Assembly (NCBI GenBank): GCA_012295275.1
Contig: CM022670.1
Span: forward strand, 11,966,001-12,030,000
Length of the DNA: 64,000 bases
Reading direction: 5' to 3'
Source: Chrysomallon squamiferum
Lineage: Eukaryota > Animalia > Mollusca
The notes beneath the pieces were generated by a model, which was not told the DNA's origin, made no database searches, and saw only the letters and a program-made list of their open reading frames with translations. The position numbers were made by a program, and so were the translations under genes. Below are positions 25,846 to 45,087 of the stretch, one piece after another. Position 1 is the first letter of the stretch; each line of letters opens with the position of its first letter.

Positions 25846-28757
25846 TGATAATCCACACACACACACACACGAGTTACACTTGTTTTTTCTTCAATGTATT
25901 GCTGTGTCCATTCTTTGGCCAATAGTAATCCATTGACCAGTTCCGTGAGAACTAGTCCAATGAGGCATTCATTGTTGGCAATATATTCTTTTAGTTTTAA
26001 ATATTTCTTTTTAGTATTTATTATATACTTTTTTAAAATTAATTTTATTATTATTATTATTATTATTATTTTTTTATTTTTTTTTTTTTTTTAATTCTTT
26101 ATTTGTATTTTCAATTTATTTGAAATTGTTTTTAAAAATTTACTATTTGTTTTTCTGCGAGACATCAGATTCTCTTTTCAAATGACTGCGAGGAGTCAAC
26201 AGGTTCGTTGAAGAAATTCTTGATGACTGATTAATTATTCACAAATCATGTTGTGAAGATGTCTATGAAAAATTCAGTTCGAGTTGCTGGGACTATTATT
26301 ATTCAATCTTTGGTGATTCACACACTGAACAGTTTTTACAGGAATTCTTTTTATAGAGGATCTTGTCTGCAGATTCACAGAAAATGATGACAAATGAAAT
26401 GTGTTGTGGATCTTATCTCTCATTATTTTTAGTGTTTGGTGCTTATTTAAACAAACTCACGAAACACAGTGTGAAAAACAAATGTTGATTATAAATTGTG
26501 AATGTACACTTTCTCTCAAACACACACACACACACACACACACAAAATAAAATGCAAGAAGAAATGTATACACACACAAAACACATATATAGAAAGATGT
26601 ACAAATTAATGCTCACATTCACATACATACATATATAGACATGCATAAATGTACATGGATAACACAACTGCAAATGCATTATGTAAACATAATAATGACA
26701 AAATACAAATAACTATATATAAAAGCAATTTGTGAAGTATAATTTTGAGCAGATTTATTAACATTTTGTTTTGAGGAAGATCTTTCAATACATGGTGTGT
26801 AATAACAGCAACTATTTGGCACTATTACAGCCTTACTCATGTCTTTGCATGATTTGAACTTATATAGCAGAGGGAAAAAAACAAAGGAAGAAAATGTTTG
26901 TGAAATATTATTCTAAGGAGATTTAGAAGAAGAAAAAAAAACAAAAAGGAAAAAAGATCTTTCAGGGTGTAACGACTATTCAGTACCTGACACAGCCTTA
27001 TTGAAAACTTTCCATGATTTGAACTATATCGTCGAGAAAGTTCCCGTCCGTTAAATTATTCATATACAATATTAGTCCACTGTTATTAACCCTTTATCTG
27101 TAGGCATGTAATTTTTTTGTTGTGTGAAATTTATAACACGAGTCTGCTGTTAAACATCCATTAATTATCCGTTTTGTTGGTAACGTTTTCAACTTCTCCA
27201 TCACCACCCTAAAAATCGGTTTAATCAATTAGAAAGTAAATGTTTTTGAACTCATTACATGTTAGAACTAGGCACATAACTTTACCGGTTTACAGTGCTA
27301 GTTTGGTAGGTGGGAGGGCTGGTGGTTGAATGTTGTTGCTTTGTAATTATGACCGCGTGATTTGTGGTGAGTTGTTAATCCATACTTGCATGAAATACAT
27401 CTAGTGTACGTGTGTAGAATTATTTAACACAGCCAGCTGTATTGTATAGAATGTAAATTATAATAATTTAATTGCAGTGAACAAAATATTTGCTAGGTAG
27501 ATGACAGGTTCTGTCAGATCTGTGTTGAGACGTCTTAATGCCAAAAATATTTAGGTTAGTGGTCTGTGTTCATAAAAAAAAAAATATAAAAGAAATGTCT
27601 TTTATTCTGATATTTATTTATTTTATATTATTTTTTTTATATATATATGGTTTTATGTTTGTTATCTTGTATTTTATTTTGTATATATGATAAAACTTTG
27701 ATTAAGTCTTTTACATTTGTCTAATTGTTTTTGCTTGTAATATTTATTTTATGAAAGAAAGAATAATTTGGAATTCTGTTAGAAAACTTGATACTATTAA
27801 TTTCAACAACAAAAAATAAAGCTGTGTTCACGCTGTTTGATTTCTGTTGACAACTTGTATCCTACAACTTTTAGTGCAAACAGTTTTGGAGAGGGATTTC
27901 TTTTTTTAAATTTTTTTTTTTCATATACATAACATGATTTTGTTGGTACTTTTATTTTATCACATGAAATTCTCATTAAAATGATTCTTATACTGAAGAT
28001 TAAATTTTAATCTTAATATCTTCTTTTTTCATTTTTTTCTTACAACACCTTAAGAAGAATATGGCACTTCCATTTTTTTAGACTAAGCATATTGTTTCAG
28101 TATGATGATAGAAGAATTTACCACAAATTAATCAGTTCAGTATTCCTCCCTCATAATTTGTATATGGTTAATATGATTTGTATTTAAGTATCTAGATTAT
28201 ATGATAACAAGTCTCTGATATTGCCATGTAGTGTGAACTCAGTTCGGTGTTGGAATGTCAGAATGCATTATTTCCATTGGAGAATGCTTCAAATTTTTCT
28301 TTTTCTTTTTTAGATAGTTGTTTTGAATTTTGAATTAAAATGTTTGGAAAAAAACATCTGTTTATTTAACTGCAAAGAATTTTGTTTATTATTTATTTAT
28401 TTTATAAAGAAAATAATTTAAATTCACACACACTAAAGTATTATTATTGTTGTTAAAAAATTGGATGAAAAGGTGCTAATTATACTTTTGTATTCTTTTT
28501 AATATCTTTATTTTTTATTTTATAATATTTTCTTTTTTATTTTCCTTAGAAATATCTAATTTATTTATTTAACAAGAAATAAAAATTATTGCAAGTGTGC
28601 AGGATATTTAGGCTACTTTTAAGTAAATGTCATCTTTGTGTTTTAAGTTGTTATTATTTTTTTGTTTTGAGTTTTCATATTACAGTTGTTATTGTTTTAT
28701 TTAGTTTGTTTTGAAATGTTTTTGAACATTTTATTGGTTTGTGTTATTCTTTATCCA

Positions 28758-28767
28758 TATATATATA

Positions 28768-28820
<53 letters not shown>
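28758..28820. repeat. (TA)n microsatellite
   Basis: AT dinucleotide run; similar runs at about 30188-30232 and 36687-36728. Confidence 0.9.
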
Positions 28821-28823
<3 letters not shown>

Positions 28824-29180
28824 ATACACCTCTGTCAGATTTGATAAAATATTATTTATAATTATCGGTTTAACAATTAAATGTAGCACACAGCTTTATG
28901 TGTTATTAAAGCTGATACACACAATTCTTTGAATGTCCAGCGTGTGTGTGTTCGTGTGTGTGTGTGTGTGTCTTTTATGTGAATCAAAATCATTCAGATA
29001 CTAAGACCAGATATTTCTGTGTGTCTATTTCTCCAGTTTCATTTAACTTTGCTTTCATACTAAGCATGCTAACTTATTTATAATTTCTACGTCTTTCAAA
29101 GATATTTAATGGATATAGAGAAATTTTATAACACATATCTATATATCCACACACTCTCAACCTCCTTCAGTAATATATCT

Positions 29181-29211
<31 letters not shown>

Positions 29212-29602
29212 TATTAATGAAGGGCATTTTGAGATCAGAGAGGATGTTATAAAATGATCATGATAAACAAAAAAGTCATCATATCAAAAAGAAAAAGACA
29301 AACATTCCACTTGTTGGAGCAGTTTAATTAAGACCACAGCATTTAAAAAATCAACTAACCACTTAAATATTTTAACTTTATTTCAGATATGTTCTTGGAT
29401 TTTTTGTTTTGATTCAAGAGACAACTAACAACTATTTATGCATTTTTATTTTTTGTGTTAATTTAATGATACTAAGTGTGTGTATGTGTGTCTGTGTGTC
29501 TGTGTGTGTGTGTGTGTGTGTGTGTATGATTCATAATTAGTTAAATTTTCTGTTTTTTCTGATATGGTTTGTGTTCTTTTATTATTATTTATTATATTTG
29601 AG

Positions 29603-29638
<36 letters not shown>

Positions 29639-30184
29639 GGCATGTGTCTGAAATACTTTCACCGTCATGAAGTTTATTGTTTAATTGTTGTTTTTCCAAC
29701 ATTTTTAATTTACATTCCTCTTCATTCCAGTATTATTCACTATTGACATATCCACAAAAAAAATGTTCATTTTTGTTTTCAAATCTTTGTATTGGATTAG
29801 AAATACCTATTATACACTTAGAATGTTGGTAGTTACAAAATTATTTTATCATGAATAGAATATTGCATTGAACTTTCTTTGGAAAAATTGAAATAATTGT
29901 CCCATCATTAACAGTTTGCATAAACTGAATATCTTCACGTCATGATAACAGTTGGTAGCTACTTTAAAATTTGTCAGAAATGGCTGAAATATTTTAAAAA
30001 TATGTAACTGAAATGAAATGGCAGAATTTAGTAGTCATAACAACATGCATGAAATTTGCTGTTAATAGAGTGTTTTAAATAAAATAGGTTATCAGAAAGT
30101 AAAATTAAGAATTTTTTTTTTTTATATATATAACATGAAAAAATATGCCAGAAATTGGCCACTTTGAAAATGTTTTGGAAGGAA

Positions 30185-30234
<50 letters not shown>

Positions 30235-33200
30235 TATTAAAATCATTTTTCAGTAAAAGCAGGTGTCTTTCAGGTTGTATAGAAAAACTAGTCTTGTTAT
30301 TTTATTTATGTTGACAATAGTCTTAATTCTTTTAATTTCATGTTTTTTATTTTTATGCAATTTATTTGTTATTGATGTATGTTGTAATAATACAAATGTA
30401 GTTATATTAATTATTATTTATTTTTGTATGTTCAGTTTTCTCTTCATTTGCTGTTGTTGTGAGTGGCCTTTTGGGAAGATATAAGTGTTGTTATCTTTAT
30501 TTTTTTTATAAATTATTTCCATAGAATATATTTTTATTTTAGTTAATTTAATTCTGTTTTATACAAATATTATAAAATCAGTTAAAAGATTAATTTACCA
30601 GCATCAAACCACAAGATTATTTAAAAAAGAAGAAAAAACAACTTTAAAATAAAAAAAATGTTCTGTGTATCACATGAAGAAAATCTAACACACATATTAT
30701 TTATTTCATTTTGCCCCTTAATGTGAGCTGTATGCATTTATAATTATTTATTTAAATTATTCAGTTGTTTACGAAATGTTACACTGACATATATATATTT
30801 ATGTGTATGTATGTATGTACACATTCATACACACACACATATTTATATATATATTTATATATATATATATATATATGGATCTGTGTATATCTGTTTTCCA
30901 AAGTGCTATTCTAGTTTTATTTATATATATTTTCTCAGTTTCAATATAACTTATTGATCAGATTGAAACAGTTACACACTGTTTATCACATGTAGCCATA
31001 CTTGCTAAATCTGTCACACCAATCCTTTTCCTGTTTACTGGAGATTTTAAAAAAACATTTCTTAATAGTGACTTTCTTAAATAAAATATTATTATTATTA
31101 TTATATAATTTATTTATTTATTTTGAATAAATTTTTCAAATCATGATAATATTTTGAAAATCTGTTGTTGGTGTCACAATTACTGACAATTTATTATTGC
31201 ATACAGTTGATATTTTGAATGTCAAAATGGTATGAAAAAGTTTCGATAAATTTTGCAAAAAAGTAAGATGTCTAAAACACCTTGTATTTATTAAAATAAT
31301 TTTAAGAAAATTTTTTTTTTTTTTTTTTAACAGTTAGTTTGACTTGGTAGATTATTTTAGTGAAATGAGTGTTCAGTAATCAGGTTTTTTTTTTTTATTT
31401 GGTTTTTCTTATATTTTTTATTATTTCCTTTTGTATATCTTTACAAAATGAACATTTATAATACTATTAGGGAGTTGATAAATGGATTTAATTTTTCATT
31501 ATTCATTTTAACAAATTTAAAAGAAAAGGTTTCTGTGAAACAGATTGTTTTCACAAGTCTGCCATTTTATTTAATTTTTTAATTTTTGGAGATTGGTTGT
31601 TTTATTTATATTCAAATGATTAATACTCAAAATCACAAATTTTATTTTTCTCCCTGTGTAGTTGTTTTCTAATTATAATTTATTCCAAAATATACATACA
31701 TATATTTAAAAATAAGTATAAAATAAATACAATTTATATGATCAATATTGTTTCAGATATGTATAGTAAATTCAGATATTAGCTTTTTACTGATGCACAC
31801 TGTAACTTAAAAAATAAAAATAAAAATATGTACAAACTAAATATTTGGAATGCAATTTTTTCTCTTTGTTTTTTTTTTTACATAGTTTTTAGAAGAATGT
31901 ATGTGGTTAGAGTGTTGACAACTGACTTTTTCTTGTTTTCTACACGATGAGTGTTGTAAAGAAAAACTTAAAATTGTTTGTGAATAAAGTAATATTGTTT
32001 GGTATGTTATTTTTGTTTTTTATTTCATCAATTAGGGTCAGTTTATTCCCATTTGTATACATTCATTGCTCACCCTTAGGTCTATATTATAAATAATAAT
32101 TATATTTGGCAAAAAAACAAATAAAAAATATGATATCACACAAATGTCTTCTATCCCCTTTAACTTTTGCCATTACAAAATGAAAATTATTTTTGACAAG
32201 GCCAGATAATTCATTTCCTGGACTGAAATATTTAATTACTGCAGTTACCAAACATAGAAATCATTTGTTGATTTGAAGATTAGGGCCACATTAATGGCCA
32301 GTGATAGCAATACCAAAACACAAGATGAAGAAACATGATTATCATGGGGTTTTGCAACAAATGGTATTGGTTAAAATACAGCCTTGTTCATTATTCACAA
32401 GTTTTGCAATGACAATATAAAATAACATTACATTAGGAATCCATCAAGTAAAAACAAAATGACCAAAAAAGGATCAACAAATTATCTAAATTCTTGATGA
32501 TGGCAATCACTAGCAAACTTACTCAGGTACTTGATCTTTAATTGCAAAATCAGCAGAGCTCTACCTGATTAAGTAAAGTTCACATGTCAACTTGTGATTT
32601 TCCAAGAACATAAAATCATCTTTTGACATGTAATTAGCTGGGATACTCAATTACACCAAGTATTAAGCCTACAGAGGTAATTAATACAGGAATCAACATT
32701 ACAGAGAAACTTAAACATGTTTTTTAATTTAAAGTTATGTTGAAAAAGCAATCTTTTATTCCACTTGTTCATTTCACACTTGTAAAATTTTAACAAGAAA
32801 AAACAAAAAACATCCTTTTTGGTAATAAATATTTATTAACAAATGTACAAATATAAAAAAAATAAAAAAAAAAATTAATGAAATAAAAACTTATTGAAAA
32901 GTAAATCAAACAATTTTAAAGAAATCAAGATCAGTAAATTAAAATAATTCTGCAGCTGAAGCACTACTAAAGTTTAAAAATAAAAAATTTTCAATTTTAA
33001 AATCTACTCATCTGTTTTAATGAAACAATGCACCATTTTGAAAGTAATTGTTTGGACTGGAATAAAATTGAGGTTTGAAGATGAACATCTTTTCTAATGT
33101 GGTTTTGGAACCAATTTTAACCAGTGCTTGTAATAAAAAATGTCCAATTATTATTAAAAATATGATGTTTACATTCGAATGCATTACACCAACTAACAGA

Positions 33201-33331
33201 TTAAATTTTGCACGTACATAATAAGTGTTGTAAAATTTCCATAAAAATGTAAAGTTTTGAACAAAACCATTCAAATTTAAAAGCATAATTTGTCCAGACA
33301 TTTTCCTACACCTATCAACAGCACAGCTGTG

Positions 33332-36300
33332 TTAGAAGTCTGCGTCCAGTGTGAATGTGTGCTTCTCTGCCGACTGGCCAGACATCACACCCATGCGTTG
33401 ATATTCACCAACACGTTTTTCAAAAAAGTTTGTTTTACCCTCCAGTGAAATCTGCTCCATGAAGTCGAATGGATTTTCTGACTTGTAAACCTGAAATGTA
33501 ACAATGTTTTGCAGAATGAAATATTTTGACATCATTATGGATACAGGGTGACAAGCAGTGACTATATTAATTAAATAATAGTGTTTAAAAGTAGATAAAA
33601 AAAAAAAAAAAAAAAAAACATTTTATGCACATTTCAAATTTTACCTAAATTTTTCTGTTTTATTCCATCTGATGAATTTTAAGACCCCACAGGTTGTAAA
33701 TAATTTTGTTATTATATTTCTACTACACAATAATTAGATGGAAAACACAAAAAGATCAATTCTTTTATTAGTGCCAATACAAAAAGGACGAGTTCTGTAC
33801 CTTTTCACAGTTCAGTTCTACAAGCAGCCTGTCTGCGACAAACTCAATGTACTGTTTCATCAGAGAACAGTTCATTCCTATCAGACTGACTGGGAGGGCT
33901 GCTGTCAGAAAGTCCTGCTCTATCGACACTGCGTCTGTGATGATTTCCTTTATCCTTTCTTCAGACGGCTTGTTCACCAAGTGACTGAACATCAGACAGG
34001 CAAAATCACAGTGCAGTCCCTGGAAAATAGTTTATTAGTTTTGTCATACTTTTGTCATCATTGGTTATTGAAAAATGTCTGTTCATATCTTAAAAATCCA
34101 AAGAGGTTGAACATAATACAATCCTTTTCAACAGTAATATGCATATAAATGTTTTATACTTAGTAGTTAATGGAACAATCACTGGCAAATAAAGAAAATG
34201 AAACATTACAAATGCTTTATCTTTCAAAATTGTCATGATTTAATGTCAACTTACAAGAACATTAAGAATTCACTCAGTAATGTTCTGAACAATACATTTT
34301 ATAAATTTATCTGTTAACATCCAAGCCAAACAAAAAATAAATTACAGAATACAACTGCTGGTAAATTATTCAAAATGTTAAATGATATTTCAGTTAAAAA
34401 TTTACTAATAATAAATAAAAGGAATGAAAGATAAATACCTCATCTCTGCTTATGAGTTCATTGCTGAAAGTCAGACCAGGCATTATTCCTCTTTTCTTCA
34501 GCCAGAAAATAGCTGCAAACGACCCAGAAAAGAAAATTCCTTCCACTGCAGCGAATGCTACAACTCTTTCTCCATAAGTTGCCAAGTCATCGTTCATCCA
34601 CTTCATGGCCCAGTCAGCCTTCGCCTTCACACAGGGCATCGTTTCCACAGCATTGAATAAAAACTGCCTGCAAAATACATTAAAAAATAATAATTGGCAC
34701 TAAATTGAAAATGTCAGAACAAGTTTTGTTTCTTATATATAGAAAATGTCCATTATTCTACTGCAGTGAATAAAAAATGCCTGAAAATGTTAAAGAAACC
34801 AGGTTTAAAAAAATAAATTAAACAATTTTAAAGTAATCATTAAATAATTAGTATTAATTTAAAAATGACAGAACAAATGTTTTTTTTTATTGATGTCTAG
34901 ATGCAGAACACAGGCATTATCAACATTTGGTAAACCAAAATTACATAGTACAGAGGAAACATGCCAATTGATTTCCTTTAAATCATGCATACCTGTTATA
35001 GACCAGCAATAAGAAGACATTAAATTAAAATAGTTGAAATAACGTACCTCTGTTTAGGTTCTTTGACATACGTGTCTATCAGCAGACTGTACATTTCACT
35101 GTGTATGTTCTCCATGGCAATTTGGAAACCATAGAAACACCTGGCTTCTGTCACCTGAACTTCCTGCATGAATCTTTCAACCTGTACAAATTATAAGTAT
35201 TAGAATAAAATATTTTGACAAAGTGTGTATGGACAACAGCTGTTAAGAAAACTGTAGCCTGTTTAAATATATTTGTATAACAGTGGTTATTTTCAAACAC
35301 TTCATTTCCAATATAGTGACTCACGATTATTAATTTCACAATCATCAACCTGATAAATCATTTTAAACAGGCAAAATTCCATTTACATTAATTACACTCA
35401 CCAAATTTTCGTTAACAATGCCATCACTAGCGGCAAAAAATGCAAGAACATGCGAGATGAAATGTTTCTCGTTATCTTTCAACTGTTCCCAGTGTTGGAT
35501 GTCATGTGTCAAGTCAACTTCCTCCACTGTCCAAAACGAGGCTTCGGCTTTTTTGTACATTCGCCAGATGTCATGGTATTCAATGGGGAACATGACAAAA
35601 CGATTTGGATTGTCCTTCAGCAATGGCTCATCTTTGACTTTTTTGTTAGTTTCCCTTGTTTTTTTCATAACTGCTTTAACCTTCAAGAAAATAAAAATTA
35701 AAAAAATATATAATAAAATGTCTTAAAGCCATACCTATTAGAAATATTTACAATTTGTTTGAATTTAGACTGATGAAACATGTCAGTGGTCAACACAGAA
35801 TTCTTTACCCATCTGGTAATTTTGAAAGCTAACCACCATTTTGGATGCTTCCTTTTTGTTTTCCTTTCAAAGCTCCTCAGCAAAATTTTGAAAATTTACT
35901 TTATAAAAACAATTTAATAGGTGACACTGACGTGTACAAAAATAGCTTTAGCTTATATTAAATAGATTCTGAAATGTTACCTATCTTTAGCATATTTTAA
36001 TTTTGTAATAAAGCAATATATTTATTATAAACCTTCATTTTTAAAGAGGAATACATAAAAAATTAAAGAAGTACGTATCATTCAGTATTCAAATACTTTG
36101 CCTTTATTTTGTTTTTAAATAACTAATAATGCATCTTGGAAGACAAAAGCTACTCTAAGTTATGACTTCAATATTTAAAGCTGTTTTTTTTTTTTTTTTT
36201 TTTTTTAAATTTCATTTACCAAAATATCTTATCTGGAATCAGATTAAGATACAAATTTTATCTCCTTTATTTACTTTATTATTAAATTTAAAAACAGACA

Positions 36301-36680
36301 ATTTCACTGTCCATCTTTCATCGTCATATTTTCTACTCTAAAATAAGTGATTAACAGGAGGCTTCTCTTTGCTGCATTCTAATTGGTTACTGTGATTGCT
36401 AGTGACATTACACATATGGCAAAACAGGAACTGCTTTGATAAACTGACAAAAAATTCAGTTTTAAATAATATTTAAATTCAGATTAATTAGTACTGATAG
36501 AAAGGGTGTGGATGATTTTTTTTTTTTACTTACTGGAGTCTCATTGCCATGTAAAATGTTCTGAAAAACAAACCAAACAAAGTCAGTTGTTGAGCTGAAC
36601 AGATATATTAGCTAGACAACCAGACAAGTTTTTAAAATTCAGAAAGATAAGTTAAAAAAAAATTAATAATAATAATTAAA

Positions 36681-36734
<54 letters not shown>

Positions 36735-37471
36735 GTCCCTTAATTACCTGGTGAAATATGAACTTTTTTAAAACAGTAAATTCTAACAGCCAAATATATA
36801 TTACAGTTATTTAAAACGTCTGCTTCTTAGAGTCACTTATAGAGGGAAGCAAACATTTAAATATAATTATTCACAATAAATTTATGTCTCAATCAGTGCA
36901 GTCTATTTTTAACTATTGGACAGATATTAATTTGAATTCTCAAAATAGTTTTATCCTAAGTTTATAGCTTTTTGAATATCAGTTTAAAAAGCTGTCAAGT
37001 TTCCACCTTTAATTTCCTAATAGAGGCTTTAATTAAAAACTTCACTAATTAAATTTAAGTCAACATTTTTTACCCGTTTTAGAATATTTATGAAATACTT
37101 ACTTGTCGCTGGCTTTCTCCCAAAACTTTGGTTTTCTTCAAAACTGTACCATTAACAGCAACCTGAAAATATAAAAAATTCGATGACATTTTATAATTAA
37201 TGCTATCAGCATTAACATTTGGTTGTTTCACTTAACATCACGCCTCTCTCACACGCACACTAGTCAAAATTAAAAATGGACCAAAGTCGGTGAGAAAACA
37301 TTTCAATAACCATCAAGATATCGAGAAATATTGTACTTCATTCAACCTCTTCAGACTTTGAAGGTATTTACCTACATTGTTCGAGTACAAACACTGACCA
37401 TTCAAGACAGCAAATTAACTTTCAAGATATCTTAAACAGGTTAAATTTAATTTGTAGTGAACTCGGTTTAA

Positions 37472-37504
<33 letters not shown>

Positions 37505-38444
37505 GAATTAAAGAATATGTATTGGACTTTTGTTCAACTGTTTCAAGTGAATCAAATGAATGTCCAAAACCTTTTGTTAACTTCCAAGTCATGTTTTTGG
37601 CGCCCTGTGTGAAAGGTTATCACAACGAACTGAATGACTTCACTGAGTCAACACAACCAACTAGAGCTTTTTTCAACGGAATTTTTTGTTTTCATTCTAA
37701 TTCTTTATTTTTATCTAAAATTTTGCTTAATTTTAGTTTACAAATTAATTTTTATCTACCGCATTTACAATCACTTACTCCAAAAATAGTCGTCGGGAGG
37801 GGGGGATTCAAAAACCCAATAAAAAAAATTAATATTAATTTTATACTGCTTTATTTAATTCATGTTATTAATACTTAATAGAACCACAATTTTAAATTAT
37901 AAAACGGCGTAATCCACTTTTATAAACTAACATTTTAACAATGGTCTTATTTTTATGTTTCGGTTTGGATGAAAAAAATACTAAATTTTGTTTGTCGCAA
38001 TAAAATGCTTATTCTAAAATATGAATATATACATTTACTAATTAAATGTATCAACACACATTTTTAGTAAAAGTTGAAATAAACTGAAATACAATTTATG
38101 ACATTTTGTTAAACAAGTTATGAAGTCGAACAACTCAACAAGTCCCTCAAGGTAAAAAGGAAACTTTACACAAAGAAAAGTTGTCTTTTTTCTTTACAAG
38201 TGTTAACTATTTAAAAATTGTATTTCTAAATATTTAAATAAAAATAACAAAACTTTAAATTCTGAAATTTGAATTAAATTTGGCGGTAATATACATTTCT
38301 AGTGATATATATGTCGCGCCATAAATTCTGCACAAAGTCGAAAAGATATACCTCAGGATAGCTGTTCTCGTCGTTGATTTTGTTTTTCTTCATCTGCTTC
38401 GTCAGTTCAGCGTCAGAAACGTTTACTTTAATTGAAGTATACAT
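33332..38444 (-). CDS. RRM2: Ribonucleoside-diphosphate reductase small subunit (class Ia R2), about 399 aa
   Basis: Exons 38444-38352, 37162-37103, 36560-36534 (microexon), 35680-35402, 35181-35048, 34667-34439, 34019-33801, 33490-33332. Motifs [45 protein letters not shown] (radical Tyr), [33 protein letters not shown]-terminal FTLDADF. The three N-terminal exons are less certain than the core. Confidence 0.96.
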
Positions 38445-38538
38445 TTTATTTAGTCAAAATTATAAGACAATGTCTTTACGTTAAATATTGATTAAATACT
38501 TGTTCATACAACTACAAAACAGACGCTAAATGAAGATA

Positions 38539-38626
38539 TTTTCCGCGAAACAACATCATATTCTCGCGCGCATTTGTCACTACCCAATCAGATTAAAGGT
38601 ATAAAAAAAACTTGCAAAGTTATTGG
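38539..38626 (-). promoter_or_regulatory. RRM2 promoter: E2F-type sites and CCAAT boxes
   Basis: TTTTCCGCGAAA 38539-38550 (TTTCGCGG on minus), TTCTCGCGCGC 38561-38571, CCAAT 38584-38588, ATTGG 38622-38626; further E2F-like TTTGGCGG 38279-38286 and TTTGGCGC 37596-37603 in intron 1. E2F/NF-Y control of RRM2 is established in other animals. Confidence 0.6.
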
Positions 38627-38849
38627 ATCATTTTAGTTTCGCCTATGGGTAAAATACGTCTCATATTATTGTTAAAATATTTAATTAATAATTATGTCTA
38701 AAACAATATAGGTTTATAATATATAATATAAGACTTCTATTACGTTTTATTCATATTAAGGTTATAATATTATTTTAATATGTACACATGCTAAATTCAG
38801 ACGACCACAATTAAACCTACGACCCCTAATTTGGGGTACAGTTTATTCG

Positions 38850-38862
38850 GTTGCTTAGTAAC
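38850..38862 (+). promoter_or_regulatory. RFX X-box upstream of STPG1
   Basis: GTTGCTTAGTAAC fits the palindromic X-box, about 225 bp before the ATG of a ciliary/flagellar-type gene; ETS-type ACTTCCGGT at 39057-39065. Confidence 0.6.
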
Positions 38863-39087
38863 ACAAGTAGATCCGTTATGTATCTTTGCGAGTTAAAAGA
38901 ATGTCATCATTCACATAATCTTTTAAATATATATATATATGATATTTAAACCTAATGACTTCTCTAAATCAGTAAAGCATAAATATGTCTAACTAAATAG
39001 GATAATAAGTATTCAGTGCCACATTTTATTTCAGAACTATAATTTGATTCGTTTTAACTTCCGGTTTTACGTTCTTTGGTGTCAATA

Positions 39088-45087
<6,000 letters not shown>

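Noticed and set aside
25843-25851. TGA TGA TAA after a Cys-rich tail as possible selenocysteine or readthrough
   Set aside because: The C-terminus matches the normal RNF144 end (…IPT) and three stops follow in series; no SECIS recognised.
37522-37878. 118-aa plus-strand ORF in RRM2 intron 1, and donor-like sites near 37371 and 37779 on minus suggesting alternative first exons
   Set aside because: No recognisable protein and no consistent start/donor/phase combination; cannot be supported without transcripts.
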